Sequence record: MW822011
Origin: Shigella phage TB004
Length of the DNA stretch: 64,000 nt
Direction: 5' to 3' (one strand)
In this document: positions 20,404 through 30,411 of the stretch, piece after piece
Layout: each line of letters opens with the position of its first letter
Position numbering within the stretch: position 1 is the first letter of the stretch
Notes under the pieces: model-generated
What the model was told of the DNA's origin: nothing
Databases searched by the model: none
Seen by the model: only the letters and a program-made list of their open reading frames with translations
Made by a program: the position numbers and the translations under genes

Positions 20404-20759
20404 ATAAAGTCAAATATTCGCTTCCTGAGTCATTTTTAATTTTTGCTGTGGCGTTGGCTGCAGCTCTTGCCGGTAGTCTTATTGGATTAATGATTGACTG
20501 TATTATTTTAAACATCCGCAGTAACGTCAGCGGTATAGTAGATATAATAGAAGTTTGGAGTGAACTTCATTATACTATAGCAATTTCATTATTTTCATTC
20601 TTTAGCATCATTTTATATTTTCATTATGATAATTTTAAAATAAATTGGCAAAGAAAAAAGGATTACAAAATACAATTAAAAGAATATAATAACTACATGT
20701 CTTATATTGAAAATGAATCAATGAAAGAGTTTGTGAGTGATTGTAGGAAAATCAAATGA
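20385..20759 (+). CDS. small two-TM membrane protein, paralog 2
   Basis: Two hydrophobic helices; C-terminal EFVSDCRKIK. Confidence 0.5.
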   Translation: MQKPKLNKVKYSLPESFLIFAVALAAALAGSLIGLMIDCIILNIRSNVSGIVDIIEVWSELHYTIAISLFSFFSIILYFHYDNFKINWQRKKDYKIQLKEYNNYMSYIENESMKEFVSDCRKIK

Positions 20760-20874
20760 TTTTAAAAACTCGCTGGTATGATTTAGATGATGGGGACGAT
20801 GGCATTTCAGTCGATAGAGTTGACTGGAGCGGCTGTTCCGAAGATATGAAAATTTGCTGATTAGGGAGTTTAGA

Positions 20875-21239
20875 ATGGGATATCAACCAGTTAAGCCATC
20901 TACTGCAACAGATGATAAATTCGTGTGTATTCGAAACGGCCGCGCTAAATTAACGAACGCTGATTGGTTTACAGGCAAGAATATGCTTCTATGGTATATC
21001 ATTAGTCTTCCTGTGTCATCATTCGTATTTTATTTCTTTGGAAAAAATCCAATGGATAGAATAGGAGATTGGGCTCTTTTTACTCTGCTTGTTAATATTT
21101 TTATAACAGCAATACTATCAGGAATATGGTGCGTGTTCATTGAAATGCCATGGCGGTTACGTAGACAGCAAAAGATTTTTGATGAAAAGAAATATACTCA
21201 AAATTTAAATAATTTTATCACCGAATGCAGGAAATTAAA

Positions 21240-21243
<4 letters not shown>
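20875..21243 (+). CDS. small two-TM membrane protein, paralog 3
   Basis: Two hydrophobic helices; C-terminal NFITECRKLK. Confidence 0.5.
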
Positions 21244-22210
<967 letters not shown>

Positions 22211-22212
22211 AG

Positions 22213-22246
22213 TTGTTTACTTTCTCCTAAAACTGTGATAGTATAT
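22213..22246 (+). promoter_or_regulatory. T4-type early promoter
   Basis: GTTTAC ... TGTGATAGTAT. Confidence 0.5.
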
Positions 22247-22281
22247 TCACAGTTACTAATTAAAATATTTAAAGGAAACAC

Positions 22282-22849
22282 ATGAAAACCTATAAAGAAT
22301 TTATCGCTGGAAAAGGCCAAAGGCATTAATAAAGATGAGTGGACTTACCGAGGAAACGGCTTTGACCCTAAAACAGCCCCTATTGAACGATACTTAGCTA
22401 CAAAAGCTTCCGACTTTAAAGCTTTCGCTTGGGAAGGACTTCGCTGGCGTACCGATCTAAATATTGAAGTTGATGGGCTTAAATTTGGCCATATTCAAGA
22501 TGTTGTTGCTAGTAACTTGGATGCAGCTTTTGTTAAAGCTGACGGTGACCTTCGTCGCTGGAATTTAAAACTATTCTCTAAACAGAAAGGCCCGGTGTTT
22601 GTGCCTAAAGCTGGTAAATGGGTTATTGATAATAAATTAGCTAAGGCTGTCAACTACGCTGGTCTTGAATTCGCCAAGCATAAATCATCATGGAAAGGTC
22701 TTGATGCAATGGCCTTCCGTAAAGAATTTGCTGATGTTATGGCTAAAGGCGGCTTTAAGGCAGAAATAGATACCTCTAAAGGTACGTTTAAAGACGCTAA
22801 TGTTCAGTACGCTTACGCTGTTGCTAATGCAGCCCGTGGTAATTCTTAA
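22282..22849 (+). pseudogene. ipIII: internal protein III-like gene interrupted by a +1 frameshift after codon 13
   Basis: MKTYKEFIAGKGQRH-stop, then an open shifted frame (KGINKDEWTYRGNGFDPKTAPIERYL...) to 22849; removing one C near 22317 restores a single ORF of about 189 aa. Confidence 0.65.
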
Positions 22850-22957
22850 TAAAGCCGAGTTCGAACCCGGTAATAGATAAATATAGAAACAGACAATTCG
22901 CACGCATGAATTGTCCCAAACTTAAAGAATAAAACTATTTACATTTAAAGGAAACAC

Positions 22958-23260
22958 ATGAAAACATATCAAGAATTTATTACTGAAGCGCGAGTGAGTG
23001 CAGGTAAATTAGAAGCCGCTATAAATAAAAAGGCCCATTCATTTCACGATTTGTCCGATAAAGACCGTAAGAAACTTGTAAGCCTTTATATTGACAAAGA
23101 GCGTATTCTCGCTCTTCCTGGCGCTAATGAAGGTAAACAGGCCAAGCCTTTGAATGCTGTCGAAAAGAAAATTGATAACTTTGCTTCTAAATTCGGTATG
23201 TCTATGGATGACCTTCAGCAAGCGGCTATCGAAGCAGCTAAAGTAATTAAAGGTAAATAA
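22958..23260 (+). CDS. ipII: internal protein II-like (100 aa) with MKTYQEFITEA targeting sequence
   Basis: Targeting-sequence N-terminus; size and position between ipIII and denV. Confidence 0.65.
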   Translation: MKTYQEFITEARVSAGKLEAAINKKAHSFHDLSDKDRKKLVSLYIDKERILALPGANEGKQAKPLNAVEKKIDNFASKFGMSMDDLQQAAIEAAKVIKGK

Positions 23261-23261
23261 C

Positions 23262-23294
23262 AGTTTACTTTCTCCTAGAATTGTGATAGTATAT
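23262..23294 (+). promoter_or_regulatory. T4-type early promoter, near-duplicate of the 22213 copy
   Basis: GTTTACTTTCTCCT...TGTGATAGTATATTCA. Confidence 0.5.
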
Positions 23295-23317
23295 TCATAA
23301 TTACTTGGAGGGGTAAA

Positions 23318-23682
23318 ATGACTCGTATTAATTTGACTTTAGTATCTGAACTTGCTGATCAACATTTAATCGCGGAATACCATGAATTGCCGCGTGTTTT
23401 TGATATAATTCGTAAACACGCGGCAAATGGAAAAATGATTATAATCCATGCAAATCAGCTATTAAGTTGAGTCAACAACGACTCGATGAAAAAATTTTAA
23501 TGAAGCCGCATTGGTATAAGTATTACGGCAAAAATATTTACATTCAAATAACATGGGAACAAGCTGGACCTCATGATTCTGTGAGGGATTCCCGCCAACC
23601 TGTAATAAGGTCGAGCCCAAGTGCGGTAATGGGTAAATACAGAAATGGACAATTCATGCGCCACGGAATGGCCCAAATTTAG
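23318..23682 (+). pseudogene. denV: denV (endonuclease V, pyrimidine-dimer glycosylase) with internal deletion and frame change
   Basis: N-terminal 46 aa [17 protein letters not shown]... then stop at 23470; C-terminal remnant SQQRLDEKI..KPHWYKYYGK in another frame. Confidence 0.65.
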
Positions 23683-23692
23683 AGATAACAAA

Positions 23693-24232
23693 ATGAGAAC
23701 ATTTTTAACTGGTCCTTATCTATCCCTGATGAATGCTTTTACACACCATTCTGATGCTAGAGTAGAAGAAATTTGTAAAAATGATTATATCCCACCATTC
23801 GAAGACTTACTCAAACAGTATTGCACACTTCGACTAGATGGTGGACGTCAATCCGGTAAATCAACTGCAGTAACTAATTTTGCCGCTAATTGGTTGTATG
23901 ACGGTGGAACAGTTATTGTTCTTTCTAATACTTCAGCTTATGCTAAAATTTCTGCGGGCCACATTAAAAAAGAGTTTTCTCGTTATTCTAGCGATGATAT
24001 TCGATTCCGCTTATTTACCGATTCTGTCCGTAGTTTTATCGGTAATAAAGGAAGCAAGTTCAGAGGTTTATCGCTTTCGCGGATTTTGTATATAATCGAT
24101 GAGCCTGTTAAATCTCCTGATATGGATAAAATTTACGATATTCATATTGAAACTGTGCACCACTGTTGCAATAGTAAATGCTGCATTGGTGGTATTACTC
24201 GTCCACAGTTTTTCATAATCGGAATGCAATGA
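23693..24232 (+). CDS. small P-loop NTPase
   Basis: Walker A GGRQSGKST, Walker B ILYIIDEP. Confidence 0.5.
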   Translation: MRTFLTGPYLSLMNAFTHHSDARVEEICKNDYIPPFEDLLKQYCTLRLDGGRQSGKSTAVTNFAANWLYDGGTVIVLSNTSAYAKISAGHIKKEFSRYSSDDIRFRLFTDSVRSFIGNKGSKFRGLSLSRILYIIDEPVKSPDMDKIYDIHIETVHHCCNSKCCIGGITRPQFFIIGMQ

Positions 24233-24558
24233 TGACAGACACGCAACTTTTCGAATATCTTTATTTTTCGCCAAAAACTATTAAAAATAAATTGGTGAAT
24301 CATTTTGAAATTTTGGCAAATAACAACGTCTTGAGCGAATTTTATCCTAAGCAATACAAATTACAAAAAGGTGTATTCAAAGGATGCAGAGTTTTGTGCA
24401 CTGCTCCTAATGCAAGATTAATGAATAAAATTCCATATTTTACCATGGAATTTATTGATGGGCCTTTTAAAGGACTAATTACCCAAAGTTTAATGGCATA
24501 TGATTCTGAGCCATTTTTAATTAAAGAGCAATCTTGGATAAATTTATTTTCTAATTGA
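24229..24558 (+). CDS. hypothetical protein (109 aa)
   Basis: ATG-initiated ORF overlapping the upstream stop. Confidence 0.4.
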   Translation: MMTDTQLFEYLYFSPKTIKNKLVNHFEILANNNVLSEFYPKQYKLQKGVFKGCRVLCTAPNARLMNKIPYFTMEFIDGPFKGLITQSLMAYDSEPFLIKEQSWINLFSN

Positions 24559-24566
24559 GAGGTTAT

Positions 24567-24929
24567 ATGAAAGCATATCAAATTCTTGAAGGCACGCATA
24601 AAGGTACTATTTATTTTGAAGACGGTATTCAAGCACGAATTATTGTCTCTAAAACTTTTAAAGAGGACTCTTTTGTAGACCCAGAAATTTTCTATGGTTT
24701 GCATGCCCGTGAAATTGAAATTGAAACACAACCTACAGTTAAAATTGAGGGTGGTCAACACCTGAACGTTAACGTTCTGCGTCGTGAAACTCTGGAAGAT
24801 GCAGTTAAGCATCCGGAAAAATATCCACAGCTGACCATCCGTGTATCCGGTTATGCAGTTCGCTTTAACTCTCTGACTCCGGAACAACAGCGCGATGTTA
24901 TCGCTCGTACCTTTACTGAGAGCCTGTAA
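24567..24929 (+). CDS. autonomous glycyl radical cofactor (GrcA/YfiD-like)
   Basis: C-terminal [55 protein letters not shown], essentially the E. coli GrcA glycyl-radical domain. Confidence 0.85.
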   Translation: MKAYQILEGTHKGTIYFEDGIQARIIVSKTFKEDSFVDPEIFYGLHAREIEIETQPTVKIEGGQHLNVNVLRRETLEDAVKHPEKYPQLTIRVSGYAVRFNSLTPEQQRDVIARTFTESL

Positions 24930-25150
24930 TGGCAAAGATAATTATTGAAGGTTCTGAAGATGTGTTAAATGCTTTCGCCGAGTGGTTTAGTAATTCAGGC
25001 GAACAGCAATTTAATGAAGCGTGGAATATGGGTGATATTGATGGAATTTATCCTACGACAGAAATTTCTGTTCAAGGATATGGAATTCATGAGCCTATTC
25101 GTTTAGTTGAATATGATTTAGGTACTGGTGAGGAAGTAAAATATGATTGA
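24929..25150 (+). CDS. hypothetical protein (73 aa)
   Basis: ORF in the denV-regB interval. Confidence 0.4.
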   Translation: MAKIIIEGSEDVLNAFAEWFSNSGEQQFNEAWNMGDIDGIYPTTEISVQGYGIHEPIRLVEYDLGTGEEVKYD

Positions 25151-25409
25151 AGATATTAAGGGTTATAAGCCACATACTGAAGAGAAAATCGGTAAAGTGA
25201 ATGCTATTAAAGACGCTGAAGTTCGTTTAGGACTTATCTTTGATGCTTTATACGACGAATTCTGGGAAGTGCTAAATAATTGTGAAGACTATGAATTCGC
25301 GAAGAATTATGCTGAAAGCATCGATCAGTTAACTATTGCTAAAACGAAACTCAAAGAAGCCAGTATGTGGGCTTGTCGTGCTGTGTTCCAACCAGAGGAA
25401 AAATATTAA
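25143..25409 (+). CDS. hypothetical small helical protein (88 aa), syntenic with the T4 vs.3-vs.5 interval
   Basis: ORF; position only. Confidence 0.4.
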   Translation: MIEDIKGYKPHTEEKIGKVNAIKDAEVRLGLIFDALYDEFWEVLNNCEDYEFAKNYAESIDQLTIAKTKLKEASMWACRAVFQPEEKY

Positions 25410-25687
25410 TGGCTCAATTAAGCGCAGGGTTTGGTTATGAGTATTATACTGCCCCTCGTCGTGTATCTGTTGCTCCTAAGAAAATTCAAAGTCTTGATGA
25501 CTTCCAGGAAGTAGTCCGTAAAGCTTTCCAGGACTATGCGCGTTATCTTAAAGAAGATTCACAGGACTGTCTCGAAGAAGATGAAATTGCTTACTATGAG
25601 CAGCGTCTTGAACAGCTTAAAAACCTACATGAGGTTCGTGCAGAAGTTTCAAAGTCTATGAATAAATTGATTAGATTTAAAGAATAA
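25409..25687 (+). CDS. hypothetical small protein (92 aa)
   Basis: ATG overlapping the upstream stop. Confidence 0.4.
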   Translation: MAQLSAGFGYEYYTAPRRVSVAPKKIQSLDDFQEVVRKAFQDYARYLKEDSQDCLEEDEIAYYEQRLEQLKNLHEVRAEVSKSMNKLIRFKE

Positions 25688-25721
25688 CTGTTTACTTTTC
25701 CTCTTGACTGTGGTATAATTT
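25687..25721 (+). promoter_or_regulatory. T4-type early promoter
   Basis: GTTTAC ... TGTGGTATAAT. Confidence 0.55.
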
Positions 25722-25746
25722 TTCTATCAGTTAAGAGGAGAATAAC

Positions 25747-26208
25747 ATGACTATCAACACAGAAGTTTTTATCCGTCGAAATAAGCTCCGTCGTCACTTT
25801 GAGTCGGAGTTTCGTCAAATTAACAATGAGATTCGTGAGGCATCAAAAGCAGCAGGGGTCTCATCGTTTCATCTAAAATATTCTCAACATCTTCTTGATC
25901 GTGCAATTCAACGGGAGATTGATGAGACATATGTTTTTGAATTATTCCACAAAATAAAAGACCATGTTTTAGAAGTTAATGAATTCCTGAGTATGCCTCC
26001 ACGCCCTGATATTGACGAAGATTTTATTGATGGTGTTGAATATCGTCCTGGGCGTTTAGAAATCACAGATGGAAATCTTTGGCTTGGATTTACAGTTTGT
26101 AAACCTAATGCGAAGTTCAAAGACCCGTCGCTTCAATGCAGGATGGCAATTATCAATAGTCGTCGTTTACCGGGAAAGGCTTCTAAAGCAGTAATTAAAA
26201 CTCAATGA
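25747..26208 (+). CDS. regB: RegB endoribonuclease
   Basis: 153-aa ORF MTINTEVFIRRNKLRRHFESEF...; size and position. Confidence 0.7.
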   Translation: MTINTEVFIRRNKLRRHFESEFRQINNEIREASKAAGVSSFHLKYSQHLLDRAIQREIDETYVFELFHKIKDHVLEVNEFLSMPPRPDIDEDFIDGVEYRPGRLEITDGNLWLGFTVCKPNAKFKDPSLQCRMAIINSRRLPGKASKAVIKTQ

Positions 26209-26215
26209 GGTAAGC

Positions 26216-26761
26216 ATGAGAAAAGCACTACTCGCTGGTCTATTGGCCATTTCAATGATGGCACATAGCTCCGAGCATACTTTCAGTAATGTCCAACTCG
26301 ATAACATGCGTTACGCGTATCAATTCGGGGAACAATTTTCTAAGGATGGAAAATATAAAACACATAAAAATATCCACAAGAGCGGATTAGGTCATATAAT
26401 GGCTGCTATTTTATGGCAAGAAAGCTCCGGCGGAGTTAATTTAAAATCTAAACCAAAGCATCACGCCTATGGAATGTTCCAAAATTATTTGCCGACCATG
26501 CGAGCAAGAGTTAAGGAACTTGGTTATAATATGACCGATGCCGAAATAAAAAGAATGTTGAATAAACGGTCCAATTCAGCTTCCTGGGCGTACATTGAAC
26601 TTTCTTATTGGTTAAATATACATAAGGGCGATATAAGAAAAGCAATATCCTCTTATAATTCGGGATGGAATGTTAAAGCAGGTTCTAAATATGCTTCTGA
26701 AGTCCTAGAAAAGGCTAACTACCTTAAAAATAATAAACTACTGGAAATAGTAAATGACTAA
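26216..26761 (+). CDS. secreted lytic-transglycosylase-like protein
   Basis: Signal peptide plus SLT-like motif AAILWQESSGG...YGMFQ. Confidence 0.55.
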   Translation: MRKALLAGLLAISMMAHSSEHTFSNVQLDNMRYAYQFGEQFSKDGKYKTHKNIHKSGLGHIMAAILWQESSGGVNLKSKPKHHAYGMFQNYLPTMRARVKELGYNMTDAEIKRMLNKRSNSASWAYIELSYWLNIHKGDIRKAISSYNSGWNVKAGSKYASEVLEKANYLKNNKLLEIVND

Positions 26762-27101
26762 AATTTTGGTTTTATGTATAGGATTAATTTCATTTTCTGC
26801 TTCTGCGTCAGCAGATACATCATATACTGAAATTAGAGAATATGTAAACCGTACTGCCGCGGATTATTGTGGGAAAAATAAAGCATGCCAAGCTGAATTT
26901 GCGCAGAAATTAATATATGCATATAAAGACGGAGAAAGAGATAAAACAAGTAGATACAAGAACGATACTTTATTAAAACGATATGCTAAAAAGTGGAATA
27001 CCTTAGAATGTTCAGTTGCGGAGGAGAAAGATAAAGCCGCTTGTCATTCAATGGTTGACCGTTTGGTAGATTCTTATAATCGAGGATTGAGTACTAGATG
27101 A
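26754..27101 (+). CDS. secreted small protein (115 aa)
   Basis: N-terminal signal peptide MTKILVLCIGLISFSASASA. Confidence 0.45.
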   Translation: MTKILVLCIGLISFSASASADTSYTEIREYVNRTAADYCGKNKACQAEFAQKLIYAYKDGERDKTSRYKNDTLLKRYAKKWNTLECSVAEEKDKAACHSMVDRLVDSYNRGLSTR

Positions 27102-27577
27102 TTGTAAAATATATCAAGGGCGATATTGTCGCCCTATTTCTTCAAGGTAATATTATTGCGCACGGGTGCAATTGTTTTCATACTATGGGTTCAGGTGTAG
27201 CGGGTCAATTAGCAAGGGCCTATCCTAAAATTTTAGAAATAGATAAAACCACTACTGAGTACGGTTCTCGCGATAAATTAGGCGATATGTCTATTGTTTT
27301 TAAACATAGTCCTACGGGATTTGGCATATGCTATAACCTGTATACGCAATACGAACCGGGTCCTAATCTTGATTATGGTGCTTTAGTAAACTGCATGATA
27401 GAATTAAATCTACAGGCAGAAACCCTTTTGTTTAAACCAGTAATTTACATTCCACGCATAGGTTGTGGTATTGCTGGCGGCGATTGGGATAAGGTTTCTA
27501 AATTAATCGACATGTTTACTCCTGATATTGATTTAATAGTGGTGGATTATGAAAGCACATTACCCGCATCCGTTTGA
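27098..27577 (+). CDS. macro-domain protein (ADP-ribose binding/processing fold)
   Basis: HGCNCFHTMGSGVAGQL and IPRIGCGIAGG motifs resembling macro-domain glycine loops. Confidence 0.55.
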   Translation: MIVKYIKGDIVALFLQGNIIAHGCNCFHTMGSGVAGQLARAYPKILEIDKTTTEYGSRDKLGDMSIVFKHSPTGFGICYNLYTQYEPGPNLDYGALVNCMIELNLQAETLLFKPVIYIPRIGCGIAGGDWDKVSKLIDMFTPDIDLIVVDYESTLPASV

Positions 27578-27761
27578 CCCTAAAAACAAAGCAGAAATTA
27601 TTCGTCAATGGGAACGCATTTGCCGTACTAAATGCCCAATTAATAGTCCACATGATGTAGATAAAGACTATATTGGAACATTCGTTGAATATACCTTTAT
27701 TGATAAGAAAGGTCGTAAACAGCACGTAGAAGAATATTGCTTAAAGGTTACATGGTTATGA
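27549..27761 (+). CDS. hypothetical protein (70 aa)
   Basis: ORF. Confidence 0.35.
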   Translation: MKAHYPHPFDPKNKAEIIRQWERICRTKCPINSPHDVDKDYIGTFVEYTFIDKKGRKQHVEEYCLKVTWL

Positions 27762-27964
27762 GCCAAACTAGTATTCTTAAAAATGCGCATTGTGAAAAGT
27801 GTAAATGGCCTGTTGTTTTTGCTTTATGCAATGATGAAATGGCTTGTGATTTCGATTATTGGTGCTATTGTTCTAATAAAGGATGCATAAATCATAAAGG
27901 CGAAGGATTTTATTCGGGATTTTATCCTTATCCCGATTTCATTAAAGAAGGTAAACCAAAATGA
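27737..27964 (+). CDS. Cys-rich small protein (75 aa)
   Basis: CEKCKW...CDFDYWCYCSNKGC. Confidence 0.4.
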   Translation: MLKGYMVMSQTSILKNAHCEKCKWPVVFALCNDEMACDFDYWCYCSNKGCINHKGEGFYSGFYPYPDFIKEGKPK

Positions 27965-28130
27965 ATAATTTTGAGTTACAATATGAAGTGTTACGTGAGC
28001 TTGATAATTTAATTGAACTCGCTGTTAATAAAGGTTTTGCCATTGGAATTGGTCAAAAAGATACTGATCATTTAACTATGGAAATATTTAAGCAAAAGCG
28101 AATTATTTTAAAACTTCTGGAAATTAATAT

Positions 28131-28316
28131 ATGAGTCTAAGCATTAGTCAGAAAAGTAGATTATTTGAGCTTATTCATGAACTTCTAGATGAGCATGCAG
28201 AAGCAAACACCTTTTATGATGAATACGGCCCGCTATCTCCCGAACAACAGGAAGAATTTGCTGACCGGTTTGATAAGAAAGAAAACGAATTAATAGCTTA
28301 TGTGAATACGCTTTAA
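28131..28316 (+). CDS. hypothetical small acidic protein (61 aa)
   Basis: ORF. Confidence 0.35.
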   Translation: MSLSISQKSRLFELIHELLDEHAEANTFYDEYGPLSPEQQEEFADRFDKKENELIAYVNTL

Positions 28317-28325
28317 GAAGGTGAT

Positions 28326-28907
28326 ATGGCTAGTTTAATTTTTACTTATGCAGCAATGAATGCTGGAAAATCTGCTTCTCTTTTGACTGCTGCACATAAT
28401 TATAAAGAACGCGGAATGAGTGTATTAGTTCTTAAGCCTGCTATTGATACTCGCGATTCTGTTTGTGAAGTCGTTTCTCGCATTGGAATTAAACAGGAAG
28501 CGAATATTATTACGGATGATATGGATATTTTTGAGTTCTATAAATGGGCTGAAGCACAAAAAGATATTCATTGTGTATTTGTAGATGAAGCCCAGTTTTT
28601 AAAAACTGAACAAGTGCATCAATTAAGTCGAATTGTTGATACATATAATGTTCCTGTTATGGCTTATGGTCTAAGGACTGATTTCGCTGGAAAATTATTT
28701 GAAGGTTCTAAAGAACTTTTGGCGATTGCAGATAAACTTATTGAACTAAAGGCAGTTTGTCATTGCGGTAAAAAAGCGATTATGACGGCTCGATTAATGG
28801 AAGATGGAACACCAGTTAAAGAAGGTAATCAAATCTGTATTGGTGATGAAATTTATGTTTCTTTGTGCAGAAAACATTGGAATGAATTAACTAAAAAGCT
28901 CGGTTAG
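28326..28907 (+). CDS. tk: thymidine kinase
   Basis: 193 aa; P-loop AAMNAGKS; recognisable Tk. Confidence 0.9.
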   Translation: MASLIFTYAAMNAGKSASLLTAAHNYKERGMSVLVLKPAIDTRDSVCEVVSRIGIKQEANIITDDMDIFEFYKWAEAQKDIHCVFVDEAQFLKTEQVHQLSRIVDTYNVPVMAYGLRTDFAGKLFEGSKELLAIADKLIELKAVCHCGKKAIMTARLMEDGTPVKEGNQICIGDEIYVSLCRKHWNELTKKLG

Positions 28908-28916
28908 TGCAAAAGT

Positions 28917-28924
28917 TATAAATA
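28917..28924 (+). promoter_or_regulatory. late promoter TATAAATA
   Basis: Exact TATAAATA 25 nt upstream of the ATG at 28950. Confidence 0.45.
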
Positions 28925-28949
28925 GGTTTATCTAACTAAAGGGGTATAT

Positions 28950-29162
28950 ATGCTACAATTAACTGAAAAGCAACTTCGCAATCTTACTGTTCTTCAATTA
29001 GATGAAATTCGTAGGGAAGTTGGAAATATCATTTCAGCTTTGCGTCGAGAAGTATCACTCAACCAATCTCCGGCAGACTATACTAGATTGCGAAATTTTG
29101 AAAAATACCTTGATAAAGTTAAGGCCGTGCATCGGCATAAAGTAAATACAGGACAAAAATGA
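28950..29162 (+). CDS. hypothetical protein (70 aa, rI.1 position)
   Basis: ORF. Confidence 0.45.
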
Positions 29163-29174
29163 TAGGAGGCCTTT

Positions 29175-29468
29175 ATGGACTTAAAAGCAACGGCATTATT
29201 CGCCATGCTAGGATTGTCATTTGTTTTATCTCCATCGATTGAAGCGAATGTCGATCCTCATTTTGATAAATTTATGGAATCTGGTATTAGGCACGTTTAT
29301 ACACTTTTTGAAAATAAAAGCGTAGAATCGTCTGAACAATTCTATAGTTTTATGAGAACGACCTATAAAAATGACCCGTGCTCTTCTGATTTTGAATGTA
29401 TAGAGCGAGGCGCGGAGATGGCACAATCATACGCTAGAATTATGAACATTAAATTGGAGACTGAATGA
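29175..29468 (+). CDS. rI: lysis inhibition regulator rI-like (97 aa, signal-anchor)
   Basis: Size and position next to tk; N-terminal hydrophobic segment. Confidence 0.65.
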   Translation: MDLKATALFAMLGLSFVLSPSIEANVDPHFDKFMESGIRHVYTLFENKSVESSEQFYSFMRTTYKNDPCSSDFECIERGAEMAQSYARIMNIKLETE

Positions 29469-29851
29469 AATTCAGCGACTTTTCACAAAGTGGAAAACCT
29501 TCAAAGGCAGATGAATACTTAGGTTTATTAATGGCTGCACAAGCTTATTTTCATTCTGCGCATTTTGAAACTAAAAGTTATGCTAGACACAAAGCATACG
29601 ATTTTATTTTTTCCGAGTTGCCAGATTTGATTGATAAATTTGGCGAGCAATATTTGGGGTATTCTGGTAGAAAATACACACCTTCAATTCCAGATGCCAG
29701 TAAACTTCCTACCGACACAATTAAAATGATTGATCGCATATTAGACCAATCTAACAGCATTTACAAAGAAATGCCTCCAGCCATTCAAAGCACGATAGAT
29801 GATATTACTGGAATGTTTTACCAGAGTAAGTATCTTCTTTCCCTCGAATAA
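29465..29851 (+). CDS. hypothetical protein (128 aa)
   Basis: ORF. Confidence 0.45.
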   Translation: MKFSDFSQSGKPSKADEYLGLLMAAQAYFHSAHFETKSYARHKAYDFIFSELPDLIDKFGEQYLGYSGRKYTPSIPDASKLPTDTIKMIDRILDQSNSIYKEMPPAIQSTIDDITGMFYQSKYLLSLE

Positions 29852-29858
29852 CATTAGT

Positions 29859-30008
29859 CTCCTTCGGGAGTCCTTTTTTCATTTTGCCAGTTTACTTTCC
29901 AAAATGAGTATGGTATAATAAAACTATCTTATAGATCGGGAGTCCTTTTTTCATTTTGCCAGTTTACTTTCCAAAATGAGTATGGTATAATAAAACTATC
30001 TTATAGAG
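29859..30008 (+). repeat. tandem direct duplication (2 x 72 bp) of a terminator-hairpin + early-promoter cassette
   Basis: GGGAGTCCTTTTTTCATTTTGCCAGTTTACTTTCCAAAATGAGTATGGTATAATAAAACTATCTTATAG occurs twice in tandem; first copy preceded by CTCCTTCGGGAG hairpin. Confidence 0.8.
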
Positions 30009-30017
30009 GAGAACATC

Positions 30018-30206
30018 ATGAAAATTGAAGCACTTAATCAAGAAGGAAATATCTACGTTATCATTAATGGTGATTTTTTCGTCGACATGGATGAAGTTAC
30101 TAGTGAAGAACTTGTAGAACTTCTTAAGAAACGTTATGATATGTGTGATGAAGCTGCAACTCATATGGCGTGTGCAATATTCTCTCTTTCATATGTGGTG
30201 GAATAA
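30018..30206 (+). CDS. hypothetical small acidic protein (62 aa)
   Basis: ORF behind the duplicated promoter. Confidence 0.4.
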   Translation: MKIEALNQEGNIYVIINGDFFVDMDEVTSEELVELLKKRYDMCDEAATHMACAIFSLSYVVE

Positions 30207-30409
30207 TGATTAGTATCGAACAAGCAGATAAAATTAAAGAATTGGTAGCTTTAATTCGCAAAGCAGACGAGGAACTTAGTGACTTTGCTTGGTTTTCGTC
30301 AGGCATTGCAAATAAAGGTGCTGAAGAACTTGAAGCTAAGGTTGATAATGCCGTAGAAGCTTTAGATATGTTTCTTGATGAAATTATCGATCATAATACG
30401 AGAGTTTAA
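30206..30409 (+). CDS. small helical protein, member of a 4-member paralog set
   Basis: [23 protein letters not shown]... Confidence 0.4.
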   Translation: MISIEQADKIKELVALIRKADEELSDFAWFSSGIANKGAEELEAKVDNAVEALDMFLDEIIDHNTRV

Positions 30410-30411
30410 GT

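Noticed and set aside
24342-24935. Long antisense ORFs (e.g. 24342-24935, 33274-33972, 17192-17644, 60706-61524, 1229-1564)
   Set aside because: Each is embedded antisense to a well-supported plus-strand gene (GrcA-like, NTase, CTS ORF, gp43, gp8) and has a biased composition typical of AT-rich antisense frames; no RBS or promoter context.
29859-30008. Possible CRISPR array
   Set aside because: Only two identical 72-bp units in direct tandem with no spacers; the units contain a promoter and hairpin, so this is a cassette duplication.
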